DNA of 64,000 nucleotides from Flavobacteriales bacterium (GTDB taxonomy: Bacteria; Bacteroidota; Bacteroidia; NS11-12g; UBA955), in NCBI GenBank assembly GCA_947463435.1, contig CANHTS010000001.1:3700-67699 (forward strand), in the 5' to 3' direction. The notes beneath the pieces are model-generated. The model saw only the letters and a program-made list of their open reading frames with translations. It made no database searches and was not told the DNA's origin. A program made the position numbers and the translations under genes. Positions 19,901 to 28,500 of this stretch are shown piece by piece (within the stretch, counting starts at the first letter, position 1; every line of letters starts with the position of its first letter).

Positions 19901-21187
19901 GATGAATGCATCGCCGTTGCCGCCATAGGTCGCTTGTTCAACGGCATAACCTGAAGCGGCAGCATGTACGAGTGAGGTGTCCGGAGAGAAGGTTTCACCG
20001 GCAATAAGCGGCTGTCCTTTGCGGTCCAAGGTGAGTGTTCTGGCTGTTTCATCGACATTGCCTCCGAAAAAGTTCGACCAGATCAATCGCCCATTCTGAT
20101 TGAATTTGGCGATGAATGCATCAGAGCCACCTTTGTGAACCGTTTGTACCTGCGGTCTGAAAAGCAGTCGGGATGTGTTGGTGGAGGAGAAAGTTTGACC
20201 TGCGATGTACACATGGCCAAAGGCATCGGCCTGAACGGCAAAGGCCGCATCGGCGCTGTCGCCGCCGTAATAGGTGCACCAAACGCGGGCATTGCTGCCA
20301 CCAGCGGGGCGCAATCGGGCGAGGAAAGCATCGCTGCGTGCGGTGATCTGATTCTGGAAGCTGCCGGTCGTTGCAATATTGGCCGAAGCGGTCCGGCCGC
20401 AGATATACACCGAACCATCGGCGGCTGTGGTGATACCCAGCGCCTGATCGCTGCCGCTGCCGCCCAGATAGGAAGCCCAGCGAAGGGCCGGCACCGGATC
20501 TACGACCAGGGCGCAGGTGCTGGTGTCTTTCAGTGCAAAGCCGCAGGTATGGCTATTGATTTTTATCCAGTTCACCTGAACCGGTTCTGCGTCAGTTCCG
20601 CAACGCAGGTAGGAGTTTGGGATGCGGTCGTTGAGCTGTTCTTTGCCGGCATAAATGGCGATTTCGGCGCCGTTGGGGGCGACCGTCAATGAATCTGCAC
20701 CGCGGAAAATGAAGCGTGCGTTTTCGAGCAGACGGGCATCGGACACTTCGAGTTCATACTTGAACCCTGCTTGCGGATCGCTGTAGAACACCACGTCTAT
20801 GCCCTTCCAGGCGTTTTTGTAACGGATTCTGCCGAAGACCGGAACATCGGTAAAACGCCCATGGGCGCTGTAATAGTTGAAATTTCCTGTTGCTGGGCCT
20901 TCCTCCTTCCAACCGTTGTGGACAGTATCGGCCTTTTCAAACTGGACGTCGATGCGCTGCACGAGCTTTTTGCCGCCCAATCCGGGTTTAAAGATTTCGT
21001 AGCTGAAGCCTCCGGTTCGGAACTGCACATGCATATCGGCTGCGACACCCAGGTATCGCACTGATTTAACTTCCCGGCCCTGCTGGTCGCGCAATTGTCC
21101 GTCGTTGCGGACAATGCCACCCGATGCCCCCACATCGGCCAGCAGCAGAACCCGGGGAACGAGCAGGCACAGGGCGAGTAACGCCAT
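10955..21187 (-). CDS. Giant (3410-aa) cell-surface adhesin: SBBP beta-propeller repeats, about 20 PKD-like repeats, SprB-type repeats, C-terminal gliding-motility-associated (T9SS type B) domain
   Basis: Signal peptide MALLALCLLVPRVLLLA from ATG 21187 (verified); repeated W.FGDGS PKD motifs; GGxxPYxYxW SprB-like repeats; C-terminal MPTAFTPNNDFLNPVY...LTVYDRWG matches the type-B CTD family. Confidence 0.9.
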   Translation of the reverse strand: MALLALCLLVPRVLLLADVGASGGIVRNDGQLRDQQGREVKSVRYLGVAADMHVQFRTGGFSYEIFKPGLGGKKLVQRIDVQFEKADTVHNGWKEEGPATGNFNYYSAHGRFTDVPVFGRIRYKNAWKGIDVVFYSDPQAGFKYELEVSDARLLENARFIFRGADSLTVAPNGAEIAIYAGKEQLNDRIPNSYLRCGTDAEPVQVNWIKINSHTCGFALKDTSTCALVVDPVPALRWASYLGGSGSDQALGITTAADGSVYICGRTASANIATTGSFQNQITARSDAFLARLRPAGGSNARVWCTYYGGDSADAAFAVQADAFGHVYIAGQTFSSTNTSRLLFRPQVQTVHKGGSDAFIAKFNQNGRLIWSNFFGGNVDETARTLTLDRKGQPLIAGETFSPDTSLVHAAASGYAVEQATYGGNGDAFILLLDTAGKRLYSTYWGGSAHDEALALAVNAGDTLFLGGRTRSGSLPNSINSIGSGYDGFVSSFLADGSALANRYFGGGGTDAVNSLFSDSSGLAVAGTTSSTGLGFLSGGHQGSLNRGASTTASDAFLVTLTTSLTPRWGTYYGGDNDEQGVAVTRDGSGYYFLLGNTTSPNGTARAIATPGSLYPNRRGASDAFLAKFNAGGSRSWGTYYGGNKDEIAHGFARGKGGNLFLTGETASDTGISRSGFQNVFAGTADAFTSALSVCPRFLRTKQGIACVNDTITLFAALDSSLFIDNYTGRAYSWSKAFPSSFKISWTGPNSFSSSVQFPKFKARWADTGLYRLVVFNEYGCSDTSYLRINKFLSDKGVSWNNLKTVFCRWDTIKLEASVAGGALYTWRGPRNFRDTGFILKRFPANANADGKYYIEVRDSGGCVEMDSMLISVRPIFTAESNSPICNRDTIRLSLVGPFRAQSASWSGPRGFSSSSFSPFIPNADSSRSGTYRVAVRDSLGCRDTLTVPLIVRPRLQVAITAPSNICRGARLDVRSRVVNTYGGYQYRWSGPASFSRLDSNFIINGITASYTGTFNLRLTDAGGCTYDTGFALNVRLPASIAIQSDSQRSCANTNYVSLRSTATLAAGNGSITQSNWTLGDGSTFSGVGPFGKRYAGSGTYAVRLRVNTSFGCLDSSTQNIVVYAEPTAGFSLNASAQCLDANRFVSTNTSSAGSGSLSYAWNFGDATTSAQAQPVKRYTSTGNFTIQLVATNSFGCRDTLRRSVAVNPDPSASFTVNRDKQCLNNNHFVFGSTSTISGGSIQSHLWSFGGGLFSSAARDSFSYPDSGIYRVRLIVSSNLGCNDTQWQTVQVYPQAKPGFNWNGDQCLRGNSFNFTNTSAVGSGSINGYTWRFGNSSSSTAKDPTGVRYSSTGTYAVKLITRTSNQCFDSITRTIQVKEHPKAVLNVDFDTLCFRGNTFNFTGKSSTAVAGSVMESYRWAFGPDASRTTDTSSVPASISYKSAGTKRITLITRDRNGCTDTAIKNTVVINSVNANFGVNNNNQCLRGHNFIFTNTTAGASTYTWSFGDGSGSTAFQPSKQYNSTGTYTVRLIAIGKDGCRDTISRNVVVNASPKAAFTLNNNRQCSRGNFFVGNNSSTGASSYLWDYGDGSSRTSGLNGGRVYTVSGKYNMTLIATNSAGCKDTFSLPLTIDAQPSAVIGVNKSAQCFWGHAYNFFGLSTVVNDSIISNTWDFNNGSGSTLKNPNAVYYSSTGTYRVRLISKSNAGCLDTVYQNISLLRHPTASWSVNQDTQCLNGNGFVFSNRSTPLTGSYINKARWFFGNGANPDSSNSLRPDTVKYSSIGTPRVTLIAYDQNGCSDTFFKFVHVKGNPRAGFTINDTDQCLSGNQFVFSSASVPAVGSQLRSWSWNFGTDASPGTGTVQSNNRVVYSSFGRKFVTLTVTDRNGCANSKTTSVIVYAKPSADFTINKLRQCFNTHAVELKNTSFSPIPGMKYVWDMGDGKRFSAFDTTYKYANPGKYTIKIISQQAVGCNDSISKQVNIIPSPVANFTVAPVCGLSLFLKFRSAVTFNPGKGYGTGIKHEWDFGSGFNWSGLDTVVGFRTAGYYDVRLKVTSDSGCVDIAKKPVEAYERLRAAFTVNNRNGCGVKQIFTFKNESRGPLGNKLKFYWEPGDSIPLGKTGKMQAVVSNDTDIVHQYAEPGGYRVRLIVVGEDGCRDTAYETIQVFDIPIAGFALQNPCSNTSVAVFNNTTVTKYGSISYKWDLGDGGISTSASPRWRYDSFGRYTVKLVARTSGGCMDSTTGMISIYPAPWIKTWDSTISDCKNNNLFYFKSRSGITGNSYLMHRWRLSDKTAATGFEFSKSFADSGQFMVIGTARAATGCEASDTVIVHVKPNPIAGFSMNDSDQCFKDNWFQFTNNSVSPGLGGGLNFLWEFGDGDTSTLKNAFHQYDTSGLLPVILHVTNSYGCSTAIAQRVRIYEHPVANFVVNDSAQCLSTNRFDMSNLTIYYGGGGIPDSYWEFGDSSSSRAHSPSHSYNIRGSYSVRLTVTSPYGCYDTTSRSVHVWQNPDKPVIRILRGVQCFGMLGALQATATGGQAPYTYLWNGNSRLRSNILDSVPANDYHLQIIDANGCESDESFTLTQPERMLDTINLINHVRCFAETSANANVKALGGVPPYRIEWTSNGRSYFGEELYRVPAGPYKLLIKDMLGCSIRDSFEIREPELLTLKATNLAAVSCFGGMAEVQLTAGGGIKPYRYAWNFVPNDSTRRQLPAGRHTVNVTDSNGCSRNLNFVVSQPTRLQALVDSFVDARCHGESSAVLYGNFVGGQMPVRYFWRDAANRNISSDRVAKGIPAGKYKLIVVDRNNCRDTMISTIEPKQPDPVRVKALGKLDITCNGGKNGLLWVTAEGGNAGYKYVWYTAPFLRTDSFLTNLVAGTYRVEAIDALGCRGDTVLSLSDPPKNPIFVGNDSVQICEYGTLNLQAGMNNGVIYRWIGPERSYAWGVNPLRLDSVRYKKDMVFKAIGQDRSGCLDSLEVHVFVNKLPLVSIQSVPETVCYEQYAELRGIGASSYTWTRYNPYFAKMDTLGVAQRLPFTPFQRTDTGIYYVTGRLSNGCSSTTRWKMKTGLDSVLASPDTMLCAGSIYVMRARGATNYQWITPQGRVINAPSIQLNRVNRIDSGLYQLRVTDIHNCSGTFQTNLRVWKQPLVNITDYTAKEVCEGQDLELSLNSDGVKFHWRGPGLDVRDQRLSQYVVKKMHPGLQGVYTAIAESPEGCVDSASMPITVNRLPDATFNFIKRCSEIITEEPVEFYANSQEKDDMSWELNFIPVSKERKFTYTFDKDGTYRLKHTRVTDKGCEHFEERFLEVQDKPRIWMPTAFTPNNDFLNPVYRPVMTSTVLNYKLTVYDRWGGKRYEWRGPNTGDITKGIWDGKINGILQPTDVYVIVVDYSTVCNENREIFTDRVSTDVMLIR

Positions 21188-21766
21188 GCGCAGCCACGAT
21201 TCAGCCCTACGGGTAGTTGATAAGAACATCCGGTTGTTGGTTTGTTGTGGGCGAATATAGTGCGAAGAATTTGTGGATAAACAATGAAGTTCGAATAAAA
21301 TGCGCCTCAGAACACCTGCAAACACTGTTTTCAGCGCATTTTGCAGATAATTAACGCTTTGGTGTTTTGTGTAATTTTGGTAATCATTTGAGATTCTTCA
21401 GTTGCTAAACAAAGCATAGAATTCCAACCAGTCGGACAACTTTCCACATACGGCCGGCGGCACCGGCGCCGAATTTTCTCTATGCGAAAACTATACGAGC
21501 CGGCTTTCAGACATGCGATAGGTGGTGTTTGTAGCGAGATACAGTAGCGGCGGGCAACTTCAACAGAGTGGAGGTATAGCACTTGCCCAGGGTTTGATTG
21601 TTTCAGAAATGGAAACAGGCCGAAAAAATTGCTAAAAATTTTTCGGGTTTGTTGGGAACAGGTCCTTGAGCGGGTCGTAGTTCAATGAAGGATTAGGGTT
21701 TGTTTATGGGCGCGGATCCGCTCGCTTCCCGACAATCCGGGTTCGGCGGGAATTCAGTATGGACAA

Positions 21767-22215
21767 GGTTTCGCACGCTTCCGCCTAATCTGTAGTGGCT
21801 ACGGCCTGTATAGCGGTCTTTGCGTGAAACCGGTTTTGCATGCAGGTGAACTGTGGTCGAAAACGCTTGCCGGACGTGGTTTTGCACGCTTCCGCCTAAT
21901 CTGTAATGGCTTCGGCCCGCATTGCGGTCTTTGCGTGAAATCAGGATAACAAGTGGCCGGGCTTTGAACCTTGGATGCTTCTCTTGACCGGTGTCGTGAA
22001 CCTTTGCGGTATTTGCGTGAAACCGGTTATGCAGGCAGGTAAATTTTTGTCGGAAACACGTACCGGTCGCGGTTTTGCACGCTTCCGCCTAATCTGTGGT
22101 GGCTGCGGCCCATGTTGCGGTATTTGCGTGAACCTTGGGTTTTAGATTTACGTCTTCGATGTCGGAAATGCTTACCGGGCGCGGTTTTGCACGCTTCCGC
22201 CTAATCTATACCCGC
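21767..22215. repeat. Tandem array of 4 full units plus 1 half unit of an approximately 110-bp period; each unit contains a roughly 65-bp element with imperfect terminal inverted repeats
   Basis: Core GGTTTTGCACGCTTCCGCCTAATCT occurs at 21767, 21878, 22071 and 22183, each followed about 45 bp later by GCGGT(C/A)TTTGCGTGAAACCGG; a degenerate half copy lies near 21996-22027; left arm GGTTTTGCACGC is roughly the reverse complement of right arm GCGTGAAACC. Confidence 0.75.
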
Positions 22216-22308
22216 ACGCTATGCATACCCCGTTTACCCGGCATACCCGAACTCATTCCATTCCCCAAACCCCATATAAGCCTTTTGACACAATCCGGAT
22301 TCACATCC

Positions 22309-22752
22309 TCACTGCCCGGCCAATCCAGGATCAATGCGGATATAATAGCCATCTCCGGCAGAGTCAACTGTTAAGATACCCTCACCACGTAAGCCGGAGT
22401 AGCGGTAACACGTACAATCGCTTCCGCAAGACGTGCTGTACAAATCTCCCTCCAGCATAATCAACCGCTTGCCATCGCTTAGTATCATCGGAAATGGTAA
22501 TGCGCCAATAAGCGAATTACCCGGAACTATGACATGGGTCTGTGAGTCACCGGGACCGGACGCTACACGGATTCCATAGTCATGTTGCCCGCCCGCCTCG
22601 TCTAATATCCGGATTGAATCCGTCAGATCAGACCATACTATATGCAAGTCTGCAGGCGGAATCGTGCAACCATTGCCACCCTTCTGTTTGTTGCAGGATG
22701 CCATTAAGCATAACAAAATCAGCGTCTTCACTATACCAAACCGTGCCAACAT
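22309..22752 (-). CDS. Small lipoprotein (147 aa), unknown function
   Basis: ATG at 22752 verified; MLARFGIVKTLILLCLMASC lipobox; the track's longer ORF has a non-protein-like N-terminus. Confidence 0.45.
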   Translation of the reverse strand: MLARFGIVKTLILLCLMASCNKQKGGNGCTIPPADLHIVWSDLTDSIRILDEAGGQHDYGIRVASGPGDSQTHVIVPGNSLIGALPFPMILSDGKRLIMLEGDLYSTSCGSDCTCYRYSGLRGEGILTVDSAGDGYYIRIDPGLAGQ

Positions 22753-22864
22753 TTCGTTAACGTAAACGAACAAACTCCTTGCCGTAATGTCCAGCGAACA
22801 CAAAAAACCCCGGCAGCATGCTGCCGGGGTGATAACAAACTTTTCGACCTGTGTCGCTACGAAC

Positions 22865-23086
22865 TCAGAGTTCGTCTTCGTTGAAGAAGTAGTCGTCGTT
22901 CGTTGGGTAATCGCTCCAGATCTCCTCGATGCTCTCGTAAGGCTCTCCGTCGTCTTCCAACTCCTGAAGGTTTTCAATAACCTCCAGGGGAGCCCCCGAA
23001 CGTATGGCGTAGTCGATCAGTTCGTCTTTGGTGGCCGGCCATGGCGCATCGTCCAGCCAACTCACAAGTTCCAGTGTCCAGTACAT
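22865..23086 (-). CDS. DUF2795-like small protein
   Basis: WPATKDELIDYAIRSGAPLEVIENLQEL resembles DUF2795; internal Met MYWTLE chosen as start. Confidence 0.4.
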   Translation of the reverse strand: MYWTLELVSWLDDAPWPATKDELIDYAIRSGAPLEVIENLQELEDDGEPYESIEEIWSDYPTNDDYFFNEDEL

Positions 23087-23188
23087 AGGCGAGAGATTGT
23101 AGAATTTGCGCGAATAAAACAATTCCGCATGAATATGCAACGACTTTTTTTTAAGAATCGTATGTTGTTGTAAATCTGTGATATACAT

Positions 23189-23872
23189 TTGCATCCGCCT
23201 GTGAAAAAGCGTTTACCTGAAGGTTCCGGACTCTACGATGAAACACTGGAGGCATACTGTACCCAGCATTCTTCCGCAGAACCTCCCTGGCTCACCAGCC
23301 TCCAGCGCCTCACATACCTGAGGCATACCCATGGCCGGCAAATGAGCGGCCATCTGCAAGGAAGGTTCCTTTCCCTCCTGAGCAAAATGGTCAAGCCATC
23401 CCTGGTGCTCGATATCGGTACTTTCACCGGCTATTCTGCGCTCTGCTTCGCCGAAGGCCTGGCTCCAGGCGGAAAAGTGATTACCATCGAAGCAGATGAA
23501 GAAAATGAAACACTGATCCGCGAAGCCATCCACAGCTCTCCGTATGCATCTGTCGTGCAGCCTGTGATTGCCAATGCGCTTGAGTGGCTGGAAAATCACC
23601 CGGAAATCCATCCCGACCTGGTTTTCCTCGATGCAGATAAACGCAACTATCCGCATTACCTCAATAAACTCATTCCTATGATGTTGCCCGGCAGCCTGTT
23701 GCTGGCAGACAATACCCTGTGGAATGGAAAAGTGGTTGATCCGCAGGAAAGAGAAGACGATGTCGATACGCGTACCCTCCACCGCTTCAATGCCGTGGCT
23801 TCTTCGCATGCCGCGTTTGATACGGTCTTGTTGCCCTTGCGCGACGGACTTACCCTGATGCGCCGCCGCTGA
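23189..23872 (+). CDS. Class I SAM-dependent O-methyltransferase (caffeoyl-CoA OMT-like, family 3)
   Basis: VLDIGTFTGYSALCFA, VFLDADKRNY, LLADNTLWNGKV; TTG start at 23189. Confidence 0.8.
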   Translation: MHPPVKKRLPEGSGLYDETLEAYCTQHSSAEPPWLTSLQRLTYLRHTHGRQMSGHLQGRFLSLLSKMVKPSLVLDIGTFTGYSALCFAEGLAPGGKVITIEADEENETLIREAIHSSPYASVVQPVIANALEWLENHPEIHPDLVFLDADKRNYPHYLNKLIPMMLPGSLLLADNTLWNGKVVDPQEREDDVDTRTLHRFNAVASSHAAFDTVLLPLRDGLTLMRRR

Positions 23873-24045
23873 ACCAATCGCCTCCGCAGCTGTTTTCTTA
23901 GCTGCATGCACCGCAAAAGCTTTTTGCCTGAAAAAATCTGCTCCGTTTGTGGCAGACCTTTCGCCTGGCGCAAAAAATGGGCCCGTGATTGGGAACAGGT
24001 AAAGTATTGCAGCGACCGCTGCCGGGCCTCTGCAAAACGCCAATC

Positions 24046-25524
24046 ATGAAGGAGCTAACCCTCATTTTCCCACATCAACTTTGGCTCGACAATCCGGCTT
24101 TGCGCTCCGATCGCCTGATCATACTCGTCGAAGACCCGCTCTTTTTCCGGCAGTTCAATTTCCATATCAAAAAGCGCATCCTGCACCGGGCGTCCATGAA
24201 AGCATTCGAAGAACTCCTGCGCAGCAAAGGGTTTCATACCTTGTATATCAAGAGTGGCCCGGAAGCCGAAACCGCCGTTCTGCTGCATGCGCTTAAACAG
24301 GAGGGAACTGAGGCGATCCACCTGGTTGAACCCGACGACTACTTGCTGGAGAGGCGTGTCAGAAGGGAAGCGGGACGGCTTGGAATCCAACTCGAAGTCT
24401 ACGATTCACCCGGTTTTTTGATGAACCGGAAGCAAGGTGCTGATTGGATGGAAACCCACCGGATGCATCAAACCGATTGGTATATCCACTGGCGCAAACA
24501 GCTGGGTGTTTTGATGGAACCGGATGGGAAACCACAAGGCAAACGTTGGACTTTCGATACCGAAAACCGTCAGCCCTTTCCTGCCGGTTTGCAAGCGCCT
24601 CCCTTGCCGGAGCCGTCCCTTCCATCGGGTTTCTCAGCATGGTCCAAGGCTGTTCATTCCGAGTTTCCGGATGCGCCCGGCCATGCGGATCATTTTGAAT
24701 ACCCCGTCACCCATGCAGCCGCAGAAAAATGGCTCGATGCGTTCATCGAACAGCGGCTGTTCCATTTTGGTCCATACCAGGACGCCATGGTGCCGGGGCA
24801 GACATTCCTCTTCCACAGTGTACTCAGTCCTTTACTCAATACCGGATTGCTCACACCTGCCCAGGTATTGCAACGCACGTTGGATGGCGCTGCTGCATCG
24901 GGTGTTACCCTTGCTTCGCTAGAGGGTTTCATCCGGCAGGTGCTTGGCTGGCGGGAGTTTGTAAGAGCCGTTTACCACAGCCATGGCGTGAAGCAACGGA
25001 CCGCCAATCACCTGCAGCATACCGCGAAGCTTACGGAGCCTTTTTACAGCGGTAAAACCGGTTTCTTCCCTTTCGACGAGGCTTACTTTAGGTTGGAACA
25101 CACCGCTTACAGCCATCATATCGAAAGGCTCATGGTACAGGGAAATCTATTCCTACTCCTGGGGATCGATCCGGATGAGGTGTACCGTTGGTTCATGGAA
25201 CTCTTCATCGATGCCTATGATTGGGTAATGGTGCCCAATGTTTATGGCATGAGCCAGTACGCAGACGGCGGCGCGATGGTGACCAAGCCCTACATCAGCG
25301 GTTCGCCCTATTTACTCCGCATGGGCAAATACAAGAAGGCGGCTTGGTGCGCTGAATGGGATTCCTTGTATTGGAGTTTCCTTCACCAACACCGGGAAAC
25401 GCTGGCAGGCAATCCGCGTATGGCCATACCGCTCGCGTCACTTAAGAAGTTGGACGGGAAATTGGCCGGATACCTTCAGACCAGGGAGGCTGTGCTGCAG
25501 CGATTACAATTGGCCACAAAATAA
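24046..25524 (+). CDS. Cryptochrome/photolyase-family protein (deoxyribodipyrimidine photolyase-related, COG3046 / FeS-BCP-like)
   Basis: ATG verified at 24046 ([19 protein letters not shown]); about 490 aa; C-terminal Cys-containing segment ([12 protein letters not shown]); architecture typical of photolyase-related proteins. Confidence 0.65.
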   Translation: MKELTLIFPHQLWLDNPALRSDRLIILVEDPLFFRQFNFHIKKRILHRASMKAFEELLRSKGFHTLYIKSGPEAETAVLLHALKQEGTEAIHLVEPDDYLLERRVRREAGRLGIQLEVYDSPGFLMNRKQGADWMETHRMHQTDWYIHWRKQLGVLMEPDGKPQGKRWTFDTENRQPFPAGLQAPPLPEPSLPSGFSAWSKAVHSEFPDAPGHADHFEYPVTHAAAEKWLDAFIEQRLFHFGPYQDAMVPGQTFLFHSVLSPLLNTGLLTPAQVLQRTLDGAAASGVTLASLEGFIRQVLGWREFVRAVYHSHGVKQRTANHLQHTAKLTEPFYSGKTGFFPFDEAYFRLEHTAYSHHIERLMVQGNLFLLLGIDPDEVYRWFMELFIDAYDWVMVPNVYGMSQYADGGAMVTKPYISGSPYLLRMGKYKKAAWCAEWDSLYWSFLHQHRETLAGNPRMAIPLASLKKLDGKLAGYLQTREAVLQRLQLATK

Positions 25525-25552
25525 AGGTGCCCGTCTATTGAACGGGCACCTT
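25524..25552. terminator. Strong hairpin between convergent genes (terminator for the minus-strand 1060-aa gene)
   Basis: AAGGTGCCCGT-ctattga-ACGGGCACCTT, 11-bp GC-rich stem; on the minus-strand transcript it is followed by UAUUUUG. Confidence 0.55.
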
Positions 25553-25590
25553 ATAAAAAACCAACCGGATGAATCCGGATTGGTGTCTGG

Positions 25591-28500
25591 TTATTTCACG
25601 GTAACGCGGGCCGAGTAGTAGCGGCCATCCTGGGTTTCAGCGCGCACGAGGTAAACACCGGCGCTCAGACCTTCCAGGCTGGCTACGCCCATATTGCCCT
25701 GGACCTTGCTCTGGTACAATACCCTGCCTTGCAAATCGGAAATCGACATGCGGTTCAGTGCTTCAGGCGCCTCGAACTGTACGAATCCGCTCGCCGGGTT
25801 GGGATACACACGGAGTGTTCCGGCATTCAGTTTATTCACACTATTGGCTTCATTGTCGATGAGTGTAAGGGTGTACACGCTGTCTGCACCTATTTCAATT
25901 CCCCAGTTGGGTTTGCGGAGTGCGAGCTGGATGGTTTCGTTGCCTTCGCTCAGGTTATCATCGAAAAGATCGACCTTGAAGGTATAGCTGCTGCGACCGG
26001 AAGGTACAACTACTGTGCGGTTGGCCATATTGAAGTCTGCATTCGGAGCAGCGGTTCCGCCTTTGATAGCCAGTTCAAACTGCACCTGTGCATTGGGGTT
26101 GGCAATGTTCACGGTGATGAGCAGGCTGGAGTCGTCTACTTCAGAGGAAGCACCGGCATTGGGTACGAAGCTGATAAAAGGGAAGGTGAGGTTTTGTACA
26201 TCCGCGGTATAACGGGGAACCAATGCGTAACCGGAGTTGTAGGGCGAACTGTTGTCGTCCTGGAATCCAATTCCGGAGATATTGAAGAACGTGCTCGGCG
26301 CGGGAGTGCCGTCTACATTGGTTTCAGCATCGATGGTAACATCCCACGTGCGGGCACCGTCTGTTACAGCTATTGTTTTGGTGGTATTGGCTCCGAGGGC
26401 GGTGGTAGGCCATGCTGCCGGGTCAACGAGTTTCACATTGCGCAGGCGGATGATGCGCGATTCATGTGTTTCGCTCAAGGCGCTGCTCACATTGGTGGGA
26501 GTGCGAACGAAGCCGGTGGTGCTCAGTCGGCGAACGGTGTCGAGGTTTTGCAATACCGTCATGCCATTGACCTGGCCTACGCGTCCTTGCACCATTACCG
26601 AGTCGCCTTCACGCACAGTGTAACCGAAAGCGCTTCCTGATCCCACAACCTGTATTGCGCCTGAGGTATCGATTACCGTAAACTGCAGGCCGCTGCTGCG
26701 GAGGTTTACGCCATGCACAACACCGAATACACGGCAACGCACGTTGATGGAATCGTTCACGCCGTTGCTGTTGATGCGGCTGATCTGGCGGATGCGGTAT
26801 GCCGGAAGGTCATCGCTCAACAAGGTCACAGTCATGGTATCGGGCTTGCCGATGGTGCTGTTGGTGAGGGTTGAAATGGTGAAAATGAGTCTTTCAGGTG
26901 CTTCCGACAATTCGTCGTCGATGATGGGCAGCTGGATGATCACACTGTCGGGGTCATTCGGGGTAACGGTGATGATGCGGGCCAGTGGGTTCATGGTGAA
27001 ATCCGAACCTGCGGTGGCCGTAGAGATGGCTGCGTTATAGCGGAAGATGAAGTCGCTGTTGAGATCGTTGCGGCCGTTAACATTCACGCGGATGCGCATG
27101 TTTCCATTCTTCTCCGTAACAGTTGCAGTGCGACGGGCAAAAGAGTAAACGGGCGGACGGTCGTTGTCGGTCACCACAATGGTGAGCAGGCTGTCGCCGC
27201 GGGTCGCTCCGCTGCTGCCGTTGATGCGCAAGGCAAGGACGATGGTATCGTTAGGGTCGACATCGGTATCATCCAGAATACGGGCGAAGAATACCACGCT
27301 GTCTGGCCCGGTAGATTTTCCTACGTTCACGGTGGTATCTGTGTTGGTGCTTCCGAGACGGAATTCAGCAGGAATGAAAGTGCTGTCGCCTCTTGATTTC
27401 ACAAGGATGCGAACACTGGCAGGAGCCGCAATAGCCTTGTCCATTTTGATGGTGATGGCTGCACGTCCTGCACTTTCGCGCACTGTAACGCGTTTCGGAA
27501 CAAAGCTGATCAGGGACTGGTCGTTGTCATTGATGAACAGGGAGTGTGTGCGTTCCAGGCCAATGCCGGCGCGCACAGGATCACGGAGTGAAATGGTGGC
27601 TACTTCCTGCCCTTCAACCGCATTGTCGTCGTTGATCGTAACGCGCGTTGTGTCGAAAGCAGTATAACCCGGTTTGAAGGTGATAGACTTTGGTGTGCTG
27701 AAATTGATATCGGCACCGGTGCCATGGCTGGCCGTTCCACCTACGTAAAAGAGGGTAACAGAGCTGGAATAGTCATTTGCGTAGCGGCGGCGCACAAGCA
27801 GATTGGTGCTTCCGGCGTTTTCACCTATTGTACTGCTCCGGAGCCAGAATTGGAAATCGGTTGGAACGAGGGCACATTCTTCGGTGCTAAGACGGATGGC
27901 CCTTGCAGCGTTGCGCGGATTAACAGTTGATATAGCTGTTCCTCCCCAGCCCCATATACCGTTCGAGTCGATATTGGAATACAGGGCATTTCCTGATTTC
28001 AGATCAAAGGAGGTAACCCGGCGAACACCATTGCTCAGATCGTTGGGAATTATAGTTCCCCAGCGGCCGTTCTTCCCTTGCACGCTGTCGTTGTAGAAGA
28101 CGGCAAGTGCACTCGCAATGGTGAAGCCTGAACCTTCCACAAAGGTCATGGAAAGCGGCCGACCGCGGCCGTCTATGTTGTCATATAAACCAACAATACT
28201 CTTGGGAGCAGCAGCGCTGATGCCAAAAATTGCAGAGGCCTTGGTGCTTCCGGCAGCGGTATCCATGGTCAGGCAGGTGATTTCTTCGTCTGCGTAGTAT
28301 TTCTCTACTGTTGAACCACCCGCTATAGCCTGAAGCTGAACATAAGGCAATACAACGTTTCCGGCATTGAATGCCGCATTGCTGCTGCGATAGAAGGCAA
28401 ACCATCCCTCATACGAACCACTAATATCGGTAGTCAGCGTATCATGTTGGCCGACATTGTTCAGCGAAAGTGAAGTGCCCGGGTTGCGCCATTGTCCTGA

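Noticed and set aside
21767-22215. Repeat array considered as a CRISPR locus
   Set aside because: The period is about 110 bp with a roughly 65-bp degenerate unit. The inter-unit segments are themselves homologous to one another, unlike unique spacers. One unit is only a half copy. No cas genes are in the window.
25729-26640. 303-aa plus-strand ORF
   Set aside because: Lies inside and antisense to the Calx-beta/T9SS gene.
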